Shown here one piece after another: positions 10,301-22,900 of a stretch of 64,000 nucleotides of DNA. The notes under the pieces were generated by a model, which worked only from the letters and a program-made list of their open reading frames with translations, made no database searches and was not told where the DNA came from. The DNA is from Balanoglossus misakiensis. Its lineage: Eukaryota; Animalia; Hemichordata. Position 1 is the stretch's first letter; each line of letters opens with the position of its first letter. The stretch spans positions 4,330,783-4,394,782 of the forward strand of contig CM082580.2 in NCBI GenBank assembly GCA_040954595.2, written 5' to 3'. The position numbers were made by a program, and so were the translations under genes.

Positions 10301-13300
10301 AAACATGGATTTGGACTGAACCATGGTGGTGAAAGAGTTAAACAAATCACAGCTGCCAGAGAATGTCATACATTCATATTAGGTGAATTCACACCAAGCT
10401 AATTCTTAAATGTATTGCATTTGATTTCTACTCTTCAACTGTGTGTGTCAATAGGCAACTTTGCATAGGAACTTCTTATAATTATGCTTGTGTACATTTC
10501 TTGTTATTTACTAGGGTAGCAGTATTACTTTGGACTTCCAAGTACACTAATAGAAGAAATCTGCTGACTCGGCATTTTTCACAAATGGTTTGTCTATGGG
10601 CAAAATTTGTAAAGCAATTTATCTCAAAATAGAGCGTGGTGACCCCTATATTTTATTTGACCAATGAATTTATATTTGCTCGACTGAGCTATGTGTGAAA
10701 TTTTGTGAAAATGACAATAGTAGAAGTTTGTTTTCTGGCGATTATCAATGTAATCCTATGGGAAAAAGACCGGGCGTGCGCTGTTTCCGGTTTATGTTCT
10801 GCGCGTGCATCCTTAATTACGTAAAACTCCCTTTTTATCAGTGATACAACAGAAAAACACCCCCTTACCTGTAATCGGGCATTCAAATGGTTTTTCCCCT
10901 GTATGAGTCACTATATGGCCCTTCAGATGTTCAGCTCTGGTGAAGGCTTTTCCACAACCCTCTTCCGGACACACATATTTCTTTTCGCCTGTATGCCGCC
11001 TCTGATGTCTTGTGAGTTTCTGTAGGCACGTGAAGGCCCACTCGCATCCCTAAGAAAAGAATTATCATTATCATTATCACAAAATGTGGAAGGGATACAA
11101 AATTAAGTTACTACTTGCTAGTGAATCGGTTTCAATTACAATTAAGGTAACACGTTCAACCCTAACGCTGCCAAGTCGGTTGAAACTGGTTTGATTTCCA
11201 GGGTGCCTAGAATCCTGGCACCCAGGCCTGTTAGGCTGCCAAGTGTGTGTTACTCAGTAGGGCCTATACAAGACCCTCAAACCAATACAGTGCAAACCAG
11301 TGCGATTTGGTACATTTTACAGGGGACTCAGACTGCCAAGTGTGTCTAAGTACGTATGACAGCCATGCCAAGACAGTCAAAATAAGTTCAAATGAAAAAA
11401 TGGCAAATACGTATTTTAAGGGATTTGACACTCTGAACAGGTAATTGACACCCATTAGGGTTTATGAATTAAGAAAACAATGGATGAAATCATGGTGGGA
11501 ATATGCATAAACGACTTATGAACATCATTTCGAATATTATTTGGATCAGTGGAATACATGCTGCAACGTTTAGAAATCTATCTATCCTACATCATATTCA
11601 TCAACAAATAGTAAGTGGAGCATAGAGTAAATTGTAGTGGCCAAAGTTTAAACGTTGAGTGTAAATCGACCGTACCGGAAAAGGGCAAACGTATGGTCGT
11701 TCTCCCGTGTGTGATCTCAGATGCAGTTTCAGTCGACAGGGCTTGTCAAACTTCTTTCCACATCCTTCAAAGGTACAAGGGTAGACCTGTTCTTCTCGCT
11801 GGTGACTTCTGATGTGGGAGCCTAAAGCACTGGATGTGGCAAATGCCTTGTTACAGCCAGGGTGATCACATCTGGAAATAATATTGATCAGAAATATTTA
11901 TCATTGCCTAACGTAACTTACTACTAGTCAGCTATTGTAAGGAAAAGGGTTTTCTACCTTGATATAAAGTTTCTTCTAAAATAAAAGCATTAAAAATAGC
12001 AATACATAAAAGTATGGTAATGCTTTGAATTATACTAACTTAATTTTACAATATCATTACCCTTATGAAACACCTACCGGTAAAAATAAAACTAATTCCT
12101 GGTTGTAATCAGATCTTTAATACTTACATAAATTTCTTGTCATCATAATGTTTCCGTTTATGAGTCTCCAACTTTCTCTTGGTGGAGAAGGACTCTCCAC
12201 AGTCTTCTACATCACAGGGAAAGAGAGTGGTTGGTCGACAGTGTATCTTCATGTGACTGTTTAGATTATAAACTGTCGTGTAAAACTTGCCACAACCATC
12301 GGCTGGACACTGGTGAGAAAGAAAAAACAAACAATTTATGAAAAGTGAACTAGTATTGAATTCCCTCATTATCTCATTTACTTTGCCATGGAACAATGCT
12401 ATGAATATATGATGTAAACCAAGGGTGAAAAGTGTTCATCAATATCTATTGATAAAATGTCCACTGCTATTAAGAGTTATGTAGGGGAATTTGTTGGTTG
12501 GTGAGGGTACATGTAGGGGTAAGATGAGAATTCCACTTACGGTCTTCATATTGGACACTCAAAATCTTGTTCTTCAAAATGAACCCAAGCAAAACTCAGC
12601 CAACTGGGCCAGCTCTGGGGCCATTTTTGCAATGCAATGCAATGTCAAAGCATTTTCCCCATCATACCTCCAATATACACTTAACTTTATAGTGGTTAGT
12701 AAAAATGAAGGTTACCGGTAGCACTCACTTTGAAAGGTTTTTCTCCCGTGTGTTTCGCATAATGTCGTTTCAGCTTGTATGAAGTGGTAAATGCCCATAC
12801 ACAGTTCTCATACGTGCACTGTTGACAAACGCAGAGAAAACATATTGAAATATTTATTGAGCATCACTGTGTCATAGTTATATCTCTCCGACTCGCATTG
12901 TCAAACTCAATCCTATAGTCCCTCACTAAGTCGTGCCTTCAATAGGTAGGGGGAGGCATCATAGTCCAGTGGCTGGAGCAGTGGACTCATGATTGATTGA
13001 TCGTGGGTTCGAGTCCTGGCATGGCTGTGGTGTTGTGTCCTTTGGCAAGGCACTTGACTTCAAAGTTCTCATTGCTTCTCCTCAGCCGGCCAGGAGTAAT
13101 GGGTACCTGGTAGGCCAGGGATTGCAATATGTTTAGCTCTGCTGCGCTGATACAACCACCGCACATGTAAGCAGTTGTTGGGAGTTGAATGGAAAAACTT
13201 GGTCTGGACAATGAACAGGGGAATAATTTGTTGAGCATACATGTACTCACTTTAAAAGGCCTGGCTTCTCCTGTGTGTGCAGATGCATGGAGTTTGAGTT

Positions 13301-15073
13301 TAGCCTTACAGTTAAATTTTCTGCCACAGCCCGACTCAGAACACAAGTACACTTTACCAGATCCATCACCATCATCATCATCATCTTCATCGTCACTCAT
13401 ATCCTGCAAGTGTACAATGAAGACCTAAGTTATAATCAATGCACATTGTCAAATGACACAACTTCTATTAAGACCCATATTTCTTGATGTGGGCATTTCT
13501 AAAAGACCTTTTGTCTGTACACAGAGCTGAACCACTGATTGATTTCTTACCTCACTATCAGGAATTTCATTTTCCATTTCATTTGTAGCATCACTCCTTT
13601 GTATGACATGTTCATCTGAAATTGAACCAATAAAAATATTTTTAGTTGACTACCATTTGATAAATCATTGGTTACCTTGAATTTCAACTTACACACATGT
13701 ATGATGTACTTACTGAATGTGGTGCATTTTTTTTATAGACGATGGACAGAGGGAGCATGGGTGTCTGCTTTAGATTGCTAATGCTACCACTTTAATTTTC
13801 TAAAGGCCTCAGGAAATACATAAATGTACATGCGAATAAATCAGGTTGTGAAATTTACGGGCCAAAACCTACATGGGCTGAACTGACTTGTAACCTGTGA
13901 AACCCTGTATAGGCACTGAAGTTCAATACCTGTTGTTTTTATAGAAGGTACGCTGACAACTGGGTTCTGAGTAAGTGTGTTTTGTTCATCTACAAGTCCT
14001 ATACCATGATCAGTTGATGTTGTTATCATGTTTGGTTGTGTTTCGGGCACCGATGATGTCACTGTTGGTGTTGTGATAGTCGCCTGCTGTCCTGGGAGAC
14101 TCAATATGGTAGTCGGGGGTGTGAGGAGTCTTGATTGTGCTGGATTGATTGTCACTACTCTCTGTATCGTACCATCCTCTTTGGTAGTACTTGTGGTGGT
14201 GACAATGTAAATGGTGCTGGTTTCCACATTCCTGCCAGAGCTGCTAGTGCTACTGACTGCATTTGCAGTGGAGTTCTCTACCTGGGCTGCTACAGTCTCC
14301 AGAGAGTCTGCGGTTAAATCGTTTGTTTCAAAGTGTTCACTGTCGCCCGTACTGAGCACTTCAGTGAAACTGTTGCACCTGTCCTCTAAACTTGATGATG
14401 ATGCACTGTGCTTTGGTCCAACCGACTCCTCAAATTCCATCCCCTCATCTGGCATGGTTTCCAATTCTTGGGGTGTCATAAGAGTGTTACTTTTGTCTCT
14501 TCCAAGGTTTCTTTCTATCAAAGAGCCCAGGTCGAATTCTTTTTCACCAGCTTCGTTAACTTCAGAAAGATTTTGTAGGAGGTCGACGGGCGACCCATGT
14601 TCCCGTGAGATGACATGTACAGTAGCGGTAGACTTCCTACTTGTTTGTGTTGACCCTTGCAAATCAGGATGACCCCCTTTCACTCCGCCATCTTGAATTC
14701 CTTCCTGAGTTTCCAGACAGTCGCTACTCACACTATCGGGATGCCATATATGACCTTCCTCGCCGCTAAAAGGAGCGGTAACTACATTATTCACCTTGAT
14801 TTCTTGACCACTGTTGTTGTTTTGGTTAGTGTCCACGCTCGGAAGCATGCCTTGCCATCCAACGGGCTGTGCTGTGTCATCACCGCCATTTTGAACTTCC
14901 TCAGGAGGCCCAACTGCGTGTGCGGTGCTTTGACTCACCTCCGGTTCTTCTTTTGTGGTAATGTTTTTGTGTTGCTGGTTGCTCCGAGCGATTTCGGTGC
15001 TCGAAAAATTTATTTCATGGGCGCCGCCATTTTGTGTCTGCCCTTGCCAGTTTCGGTCGGGATTCCCGTCCAT
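7354..15073 (-). CDS. ZXDC: ZXD-family C2H2 zinc-finger transcription factor (ZXDC/ZXDB-like), ~12 exons (approx. 13930-15073, 13555-13595, 13251-13403, 12729-12818, 12128-12309, 11676-11871, 10869-11049, 10003-10191, 9388-9486, 8428-8925, 8059-8201, 7354-7608)
   Basis: Tandem fingers with ZXD-specific helices: [51 protein letters not shown] and [11 protein letters not shown]. The C-terminal QLLQ|DDP and STINLQDLE* match vertebrate ZXDC as I recall it. Confidence 0.9.
7745..7900. mobile_element. Degenerate MITE-like repeat in the last ZXD intron
   Basis: Internal inverted segments GAGGACACC...GTCCTC and GACAGGT motifs resemble small TIR elements; the termini are eroded. Confidence 0.35.
9185..9283. 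mobile_element. ~95-bp piggyBac-like MITE, copy 1
   Basis: TTAA-CCCTTTCACC ... GGTGAAAGGG-TTAA, i.e. TTAA target duplication with CCC/GGG termini. Confidence 0.8.
10251..10341. mobile_element. piggyBac-like MITE, copy 2 (degenerate)
   Basis: TTAACATTTCACCCCCAGTT ... GGACTGAACCATGGTGGTGAAAGAGTTAA is homologous to copy 1. Confidence 0.75.
11156..11385 (+). mobile_element. Second TTAA-CCC type repeat family, copy 1 (partial)
   Basis: Aligns with the reverse complement of 36352-36568 (CTGCCAA..TTGAAACTGGTTTGATT..GGCACCCAGGCC..GGGCCTATA..ATGCCAAGACA). Confidence 0.65.
12949..13200 (+). mobile_element. tRNA-derived SINE in a ZXD intron (antisense to host)
   Basis: Pol III A box TAGTCCAGTGG (12962-12972) and B box GGTTCGAGTCC (13006-13016), followed by the CORE-like GTGTCCTTTGGCAAGGCACTTGAC and CCAGGAGTAATGGGTACCTG. 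There is no complete cloverleaf; the 3' end is approximate. Confidence 0.8.
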
Positions 15074-15433
15074 TTTCTGTAGGGCTGATATTCGGGGGTT
15101 CCTTCAGCACTACCGAAAGGGCTCCGTTAAACGCAAGTGTGTGATTGGCTTGTGTAAATCATGTGATGGTCTCGTGACAATTACCGCGATTGAGCGCCCG
15201 CTATCGTACGGATTGCCAATCTACTGATATTTTGGTACATGTATGTAATCATATCTATGATATCCATATCTAAAGACACAGAGTTTAAACAATATATAAA
15301 TTGTAGTCTAATAAAAGACACAACACAGATCGAGCATGCAAAAGGTAACTCAAGGATAAATGGGTTGCCCCCCTTTTTTTGATTCCACAGATTAAACATT
15401 TTGGAGTCATTGTATCAACAGTTTAATTTCAAC

Positions 15434-15467
15434 TAGTCTAGAATCTATCCGGATAGATTCTAGACTA
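15434..15467. repeat. 34-bp perfect palindrome
   Basis: TAGTCTAGAATCTATCC|GGATAGATTCTAGACTA. Confidence 0.95.
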
Positions 15468-15921
15468 AATTTCAACATGCTAAAAGCAAAAGGGGACCTT
15501 TGATTTTGAGGTGCATTCATTTGGTTTACATGTGCCAGGTACATGTAACATATTGACTCATTTTTGAAGAAACCCTTTGGCCATAGACTTACTAATACTT
15601 TCAAACTGCATTTCAATAGCTGTGAAAATCTACCTACATACCGATGGCAAGGAATATTAGGAAGTAAAATGATGTAATCCAGGTTTGTTGTGCAAGTCCT
15701 GCATTTATTCCAAACATCGCCCAACAAAACTTAGTTTTGTTCATCTTCACGAGTCAGATAAAAAAAAAAATTTCACTTCATACACGTCCATGTATGACAC
15801 AATTGACAAATATATACAGACGCATCGATGTGGAGTGACAGATATTGCACAACAACCCTGAGATATTTAGACTTCCCAAGTGAATAATGAAACAAAAACA
15901 ATAAGTTCAGCAACTGTTCAT

Positions 15922-15927
15922 TTTATT
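15922..15927 (-). terminator. RPS11 polyadenylation signal AATAAA
   Basis: TTTATT on the + strand, about 45 nt past the RPS11 stop. Confidence 0.7.
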
Positions 15928-15972
15928 TTTGTACAGTTTTTGAAAAGTACAGAGAAGGAATTGATTCCCATT

Positions 15973-18900
15973 TCAAAATTTCTGGAACTGCTTCTTCTTC
16001 TCTGAACCGGGAGCCTTTGAAACTTTGAGTACGTTGAAACGGACAGTCTTGCTGAGTGGCCGACACTCGCCAACTGTTACAACATCTCCTACAGTCACAT
16101 CTCTGTGAAGTAAAATGCAATAGAGGGGGCAAATCAAGAACTGAACTCACACATTGGAAAATTGCTAAGATGACTGAAACAATGCACACGGTTTACTAAC
16201 TACTCCAAAACATGTTCACATGCACGATTCATTAATTATATCAACAACAATCATGAACCATGAACATACAGACTCTCTCACAGCCTTAAGTTAGCTACAC
16301 TGGAAAACTTGTATGCTGAACGCTGGTGCCCCTTGCCAAGACAGACCCACTGTTCCATCACACACAGTTATGCTATGCAACACAATTTTTAGGCAAGCTG
16401 GTGATGATAAAGCTCATGTTGCTTTCTGCTACAAATCTTTTTCACAATGTGGAGATTGTATGCATTTCATTGTCATAATTTAGGAATCCTATCTTTTGAG
16501 GATGAAGTAATATGTGGGTATGCAGGAAAGTTTTCTTTTGGCAGCCAGGTACTTCGCTACACAAAATAAAGCAAACCACACTTGACCACACCATGGAAAA
16601 TTACATAGGCTCTTGGACAACCATAGCCACTTACCTAAAGCAAGGAGAAAGATGAACTGAAATATTTTTATGTCGTTTCTCAAATCTGTTGTATTTGGTG
16701 ATGTAATGCAGGTAATCTCTTCTGACAACTATTGTCCTTTGCATCTTCATCTTTGTAACAATGCCAGTCAAGATACGTCCACGGATGTGTACATTTCCAG
16801 TGAAGGGGCATTTCTTGTCAATGTACGTTCCAACAACTGCCTGTAAACGAAAAACCATCTATGATTACCTCTGCAAGTATGTGTGTAGCAGAGCTTTTGC
16901 TAAGGTCGCGGAACATTGGTACTGGTAAATGATTTGGGCATCACCCTCACACATTCAAAGAAAGCAAGGCGTGCATGGGTTATATATGTACCCATGTCAG
17001 AAACAGCATAGAATTCAGTTGACATGGGATCACACCGTTCAGAGATGGTAATACACAAGTGCCATTTGGTCAATTAAACACATTGCCTATAAGGCATAAT
17101 CACGTAACATCTCATGGAAATTGCAAAATATAATTTCACTTACTACTTAATCATATACCCAAGTCAAAAGTGGGCAAACTTGCAAAATCATGTTTGCAAA
17201 AAGTCACAGGGTTCAGCAAAGTTTGAACTGTATCAGCAAAAGCCAAAAAGGCATTTTCATCATAGCCAGTAGAGGCGTATGAAGACCATCGTGAGTTAAA
17301 CATCATTTACAGTTCGCCACTGATTGAATGAAAACAACAATTTACACTTGATCACTTACTTCTCTGGGTGTCTTAAATCCCAATCCAATATTCCTGACTA
17401 AACGCAGGTCCTTCTTCTTGCCAGAAGCAAGTACTCGTTTCTTGTTCTGAAAAACTGTAGGCTGTTTCTGGTACGCCCTCTCAGTCTAAATGAAAAAGAA
17501 ACAGACTACATCAGCACAAATAAATAAATACTGCAAAGTTGTATTGAAATATGAAGATTGTGTGATACAATTTGATTGTGTGATCCTTAAATACTAACAA
17601 GGCACATACCCGTCCCACGATTTCAAGGAAACAGAGAACATAATGTGATTGTTTTATAATGATACCGATTACATTAATTATGACATATGAATTGGAATTT
17701 AATGTAGGTATTGATCAGTTTCAGTATTGATGCTTTTTTGGACAAATATACACAAGAAACTTACTTGGACTGCAATTATGAGTATTGACAAAGTTGTTAT
17801 TAATTTAGATGTCTTGTATGAACTGTATCAGCAAAAGCCAAAAAGGCATTTCATCGCAGCCAGAACAGGCTTATGAAGACCATCGTGAGTTAAACATCAT
17901 TTACAGTTCTTTTAAAATGAATGATCAAAATCCAGAATGCCAAGTGGATCTGGGAAAGTCTCCCAGGATGTTTATTTACTGATCACAGAAAATGCGTAAT
18001 ATCATGTTACCTTATGATGTCATGAATACCAAATGCCTATGGTTAAATCAATTACTCCTTTCCCTCCAATAATGGATAAGAATGAATCTATACATGATGG
18101 ACCCCCAAATCAAGATGCCAGTCACCCATGAAATGGTCACATTTCTTACTAATTTCACATCTCTCTACCTGCTCTGCAGCAAACTGTGTCTGTTGCCTTT
18201 GCGGTCTCCCCTGAAGTCATTGAAAAACAACTGCATGTTAGGCACTAAAATCCTGGTAACAGTTTTAACACCACTGAGTTTATGAAGTTGCTGGCAATTT
18301 TATAAGAATACAATAAATGCGACGATATCAAAGCCATGGGCATATCTGAATATATAAACAAGAGACTTATTGTCTATGTATGCACAGAAATGCTTAATTG
18401 GGAAACAAAAGGTAAGGCTATATATTGTTCGTCACTCTTCAATTTAACACCACTTTTGACACTGCCATATAGCTGGCATTATACCAACCAGCAATCTCAA
18501 ATTACCAAATAATTTTAAGATTACATTGCAGAACTGTAAAACCAAAGGAATTACACGGTATGCCTCTTGAAACTTATTTAGTATTTATTTGTTCAATATT
18601 TACTTGCAAGTTTACCATCAGGTTTGGATAACAGGTGATACCTGCCCCTTGGAGAGCAAATTTACTGTTTTTACAGGAGAGATTTTTCATTTTACTTTAA
18701 AATCAGTAAAAGCCAAGTTAAATAGACGTGTTACTGATGGCCTATTTACTCTCAGTCATATGCAGCATACAAGAGGACATTGCTATAAAGTGAATAAAGT
18801 ACATTGCAAGACAAGTACCAGGAGTAACTTCTTCACAAATAGGATTATTGATGTGTGGAATAATATGCTGGAAGCCATTGTTTGTGCCCCAACTGTGAAC

Positions 18901-19491
18901 TCCTTCAAGAACCGTATTGACAATTTCCTCAGTAGTCAACCAATGAAATATGACTACTCCGTTGGATACATTCATAGACCCGGACTGGCATAACAATCCA
19001 AGATGAATATTTAGTTGAGCTTAGAGGCACTGTGAAGAGCCTGCGCTCAATACCTACCTAACCTAACCTAAATATTTTGCATATTGTGTCGTTGGTGGCG
19101 CTACTTACTGCGACAAGGCTAATATGATTGCTTTACTAGTAACCGTGCTTGAACGCATCATCATATTGTGGAACCAGAAAATGTGGGTGTGCTGAATCTG
19201 ACACAATACTCAGAAAAAAACATGCAAACTTCCGATCCTCCGAAAATATTCTTAATCCAAGAAATTACACTGTCCGCTACACATTATGCACAGGCAAGTA
19301 CAACAAGCCATGTGTACGTGTATATATGCGGAATGAAATACCATACGGCCGATTTTCGATATTTTACCAATGTGTAGCCTGTAGTTTAGTATTATTTGCG
19401 AGTGGCTTAATCGTTTTTATTTCCACAACACACTTGTGATCTCGCCGTGCGTAGAGTTTTCTGGGAACGCCATTCTCACCTGCTCCGCCAT
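15973..19491 (-). CDS. RPS11: 40S ribosomal protein S11 (uS17), exons 19480-19491, 17360-17485, 16635-16840, 15973-16102
   Basis: Spliced translation MAEQ|[16 protein letters not shown]...GLGFKTPRE|[23 protein letters not shown]...[16 protein letters not shown]...SPCFR|[32 protein letters not shown]. Confidence 0.98.
17225..17315 (-). ncRNA. SNORD35: Box C/D snoRNA U35 (SNORD35) homolog, copy A, RPS11 intron 2
   Basis: On the minus strand: terminal stem GAACTGTA/TACAGTTC, box C ATGATGT, guide CTCACGATGGTCT (complementary to the LSU rRNA segment AGACCGUCGUGAG with one G-U pair, and matching the vertebrate U35 guide as I recall it), C' ATGATGA and box D CTGA. Confidence 0.9.
17820..17909 (-). 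ncRNA. SNORD35: Box C/D snoRNA U35 (SNORD35) homolog, copy B, RPS11 intron 1
   Basis: Near-identical to copy A with the same stem, boxes and guide. Differences are concentrated in the D'-C' spacer, and the flanks are unrelated. Confidence 0.9.
18735..19071 (+). mobile_element. 5'-truncated CR1/L2-group LINE fragment in RPS11 intron 1
   Basis: Translates to TRGHCYKV...[32 protein letters not shown], the typical C-terminus of CR1-type ORF2, followed by a short 3' UTR and a (CCTAA/CCTA)n tail. Confidence 0.85.
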
Positions 19492-19506
19492 GTTGACAGC
19501 CAAATC

Positions 19507-19520
19507 GGAAAGGAAGAAAC
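19507..19520 (-). promoter_or_regulatory. TCT initiator / 5'TOP pyrimidine tract of RPS11
   Basis: Minus-strand GTTTCTTCCTTTCC about 15 nt upstream of the ATG, as expected for ribosomal-protein genes. Confidence 0.8.
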
Positions 19521-19967
19521 ATGAAAAAGACCTGGGGTTTCATACCCTGACCTCAATGTCAAATCTCGTACTCTCGCACAATCTCGTTATTTTAGACACC
19601 CGTACGTAAAACGAATTTCCGTTAAAAATTCGTTTCTTCCGAAGGATCTGAGTTAACTCAATTCAACGAATCCAACATCATAAAATATTTACGCCATAAG
19701 TTGATCAAAAACCCACTTTTACCGGATTTACTGACCTGACCTCTATGACCTTCCACCAAACTTTGTATTTGTAGCAGACAATTCCCAGGGAAAGTTTAAA
19801 TTGTGTTTATCTTAAATAACATTTGAATCATCCATCTATAAATTATCAAATTGTTTAAATTTTGATTGTGTTCAATGAAAACATGCCTGCTCTGAAAAAC
19901 TAGTTAAATTTGACAAACCGCAAGGTCGAACACACAGTTTGGGAATAGTGTACTAATACAGATCAAG
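19521..19967. promoter_or_regulatory. Bidirectional promoter region RPS11 / RIC3
   Basis: The divergent ATGs are only 476 nt apart (19491 on -, 19968 on +). The RIC3 start lies in a CAAGATGGCG context. Confidence 0.7.
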
Positions 19968-22900
19968 ATGGCGTTTCATCACACAGCCTGTTTTGTTTTC
20001 ACTGTGATGATTATTTGCAACGCTATTTTGTATCCGTCTATATTCAGCAACATATTCCGACAATGGTTCGGTTTTGGAGCAAAAGAGGACAAGGACGACT
20101 CATCAGGTGAGAAGCCCTACTCTTTGTAATTCTCAGAATCTAAAATCAACAGTGATCTGAATATGTATCAGAACATCATTTTGCAGTTGCACTGTACTGC
20201 TGAAATTTCTTCCATCTGCAGTCTTGTGCAAGAATTAAAATACATGATTGTATGCAGCGTTTACTTGGAGCATTTATTTTGTAGCTTTCTTCGGTTTCTT
20301 TGTTGTTGTAAGACGGTAAAACGAGACCATTGTTTCTGTGGTTTCAATGACCAAAAGTAAAATCAATACTTGGCATTTACATGTTTGATGAGAAAGATTA
20401 TCATTTTCCCACACAGTCAACTATGTACGCAGTATATTGATCTTCGTATTAACATCAAAAATTTAGTGTAAAATGCCATGATCATTTCATATTGTTGAGT
20501 GATGATTGTCTTACTCTTAGTAATGTCATGGAGGTACTAGTACCTCCATGGTAATGTATAGGCTGCAATGATTGTATTTGACCAGGGGCACTGTCCAGTG
20601 ATTGTTTCAGATACACATACACAGAATGAACATCAGCATTCAAGTTTCACATTTCATTTCAAAGTTCAGTGGATAATTCCCATTTTGAAAAAAAATAGTT
20701 CTGAGGGGTTCAAGGTTGGGAAAGAGTAGGCTACTTATGGAACATTATGCTCTCCAGCAGGTGCAAAATTACCCCCTATTAAACGTGTTTGTATTATTTC
20801 AAACACAACTTGCATTTTTTTTACAAATCTTAATGCATTTTATTTGGTCATATTAACTTCTTTTTATAAGGAATGTTTTAGAAGTTTAAGATATTTTAAA
20901 TGTTTTTCTTTAATTTAAAGCTGTAAAATTTTGCAGTTATGGTAACGTGCTTAGACTTATTTTTTCGTATTTCCTTGTTTTTCTTAGCAGCCTACCCACC
21001 CCATATGAGGCACAGTGGGCCGCGAAGTCCGCCAAATCGAGGTAAACTTAATGCAAAGTTTCTTTTAAAAAGTTCCTTAATAAGACTCAAAATATAAACT
21101 AAAAAGATGTAATAATTCAAATGAAAAATGTATCTGTTCTATCTGTCTTTTTAATAAGAGGCACATACGTTAGAAAGGATGTACAATCAGTATTTGAAAG
21201 TATTTTTATTCAGGTTAATTTTTGATTTTTTAATTGCCTTTGTAGGCATTATCAAAATCAGGTTCTTTTCGAAATATAAGACAGCAAATTTAGATGATAA
21301 TGAAAACACACACTCACAAACAAGCACTGCTGAAAGAGTAGCAGACAGTAGTGGTTCTGGCATAGACAGTAGAAAAGATAAAAAAAAAGTACACTGAACT
21401 TCCACGAGACTTTAGTCTATGTAACATGTCCATTAATTGATACAAACTTCACTGAACTACAGACTTCCTCAGGTGTTCCTATTCAAAGCAGTGCAATGGT
21501 TGTACATGAACACCAATGTATGTATGACTGTATTTTGTAAATTTTCTTATGTAACATTATATTCCTTTAATATAATTTCCCTTTTTTCAAGTTGGTCCAA
21601 TGGCGGGTGAGCGAGCTGCGGCACAAATGTCACAAGGTCAGAAGGATACGGGAGGAGGTAAATCAAGAGGACTGATGAGTTCAGTGTTACCTGTGTATGC
21701 AATCGGCATTATTGTCTATTTTGCTTACATTATGTACAGGGTGAGTTCTAAAAACCATAAACATTGTCAAGTCTGATTTTGTGTCTGTTTTTTTTCTCAT
21801 TAAGTTGGAATATGGGATCCAAATCATACAGAGAGTTTTATTGTATTGCAAGTATTGTATCAAAACAAAGTGACAGTAAAGTGTTAGATTGTTGCAGTTT
21901 AATCAACTTACCGTCAGAGAGAGAGAGAGAGAGAGCATCAATTATGTACAATGCAGCAAAATAACACAATTTGTCAACCTCCTGCTTTCAGATTTTCTTC
22001 AAAGAGCAAACAACCAAGGATCCCATAACGGGACAAAATGTACCCAGAGAGTCTGCCCACGATGATTACGCAGCAACAATGGAAGCGAGGAAACACAGAG
22101 AATATGAAGAGAGGCTTCAAAGATCACTACAAGAAGATCTGAGATCTGATAAATACAGACGCTCTGCCACAACAGACTCGAGACGCCCCAAGAAGACTGC
22201 CACCGCAGCAAATGCCAATAGAAAAGGTACCATCACTATTTTACTATTTTTTAGCATCATTATCCACAACACACGGCTTAAATGAAAATAGGTGCATTGG
22301 TTATCATCTGTCAGTTATTTTCCCGTGTATAGACAATAAACATATATCTGCGATAATAATTTCTCTTTCAGGATCTGAAGAGAATGATGTAGCTTCCCTT
22401 CAGAAACGTTTGGAGGACACAGAGAAAGCAATGCAGAAGATGATGGAATACATGAACAAGATGGGAGTGGCTATGAGCCAAGTGACAGAGCAGATGGCCC
22501 AGAATGATCCAACAGGCCCCGCTGCAGCCAAGAGAGACTCACCAACCCGTGCAACGTATATAAACGATCACGAAATGGATAATTTAGATGATGAGTATAT
22601 AGACGAAGATGATTACGAGGAAGAGGTCGTTGTTAAGAAAGTGCCAGCGAGAAAAGCCCCGGTCGGAAAGAAATTTGTTATGCCTGCCAAGAAGGTTACC
22701 GGTCAGAAGATAAGGTCGCACTCGGTTAAGACTGCTAAAGCCAAGTCGCCTCCCAGGAAGAGAGTTGTCTATGTGGAAGAAATTGATGATGATGAGGTGG
22801 AGGTTGATCGCGGAAATGTAGAGGATTTAGAAATGAATGGCGATGAATACCACAACTATCTCAGGCAAGATGATGATGATGATGATCCACATGTGAGGGC

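Noticed and set aside
12949-13030. tRNA gene
   Set aside because: A and B boxes are present, but the acceptor and anticodon stems do not pair properly and the sequence runs into a SINE body.
16875-17000. H/ACA snoRNA in RPS11 intron 2 (AAATCA and ACA-NNN on the minus strand)
   Set aside because: The second hairpin pairs poorly and I recognise no rRNA target. snoReport or Infernal would be needed to revive it.
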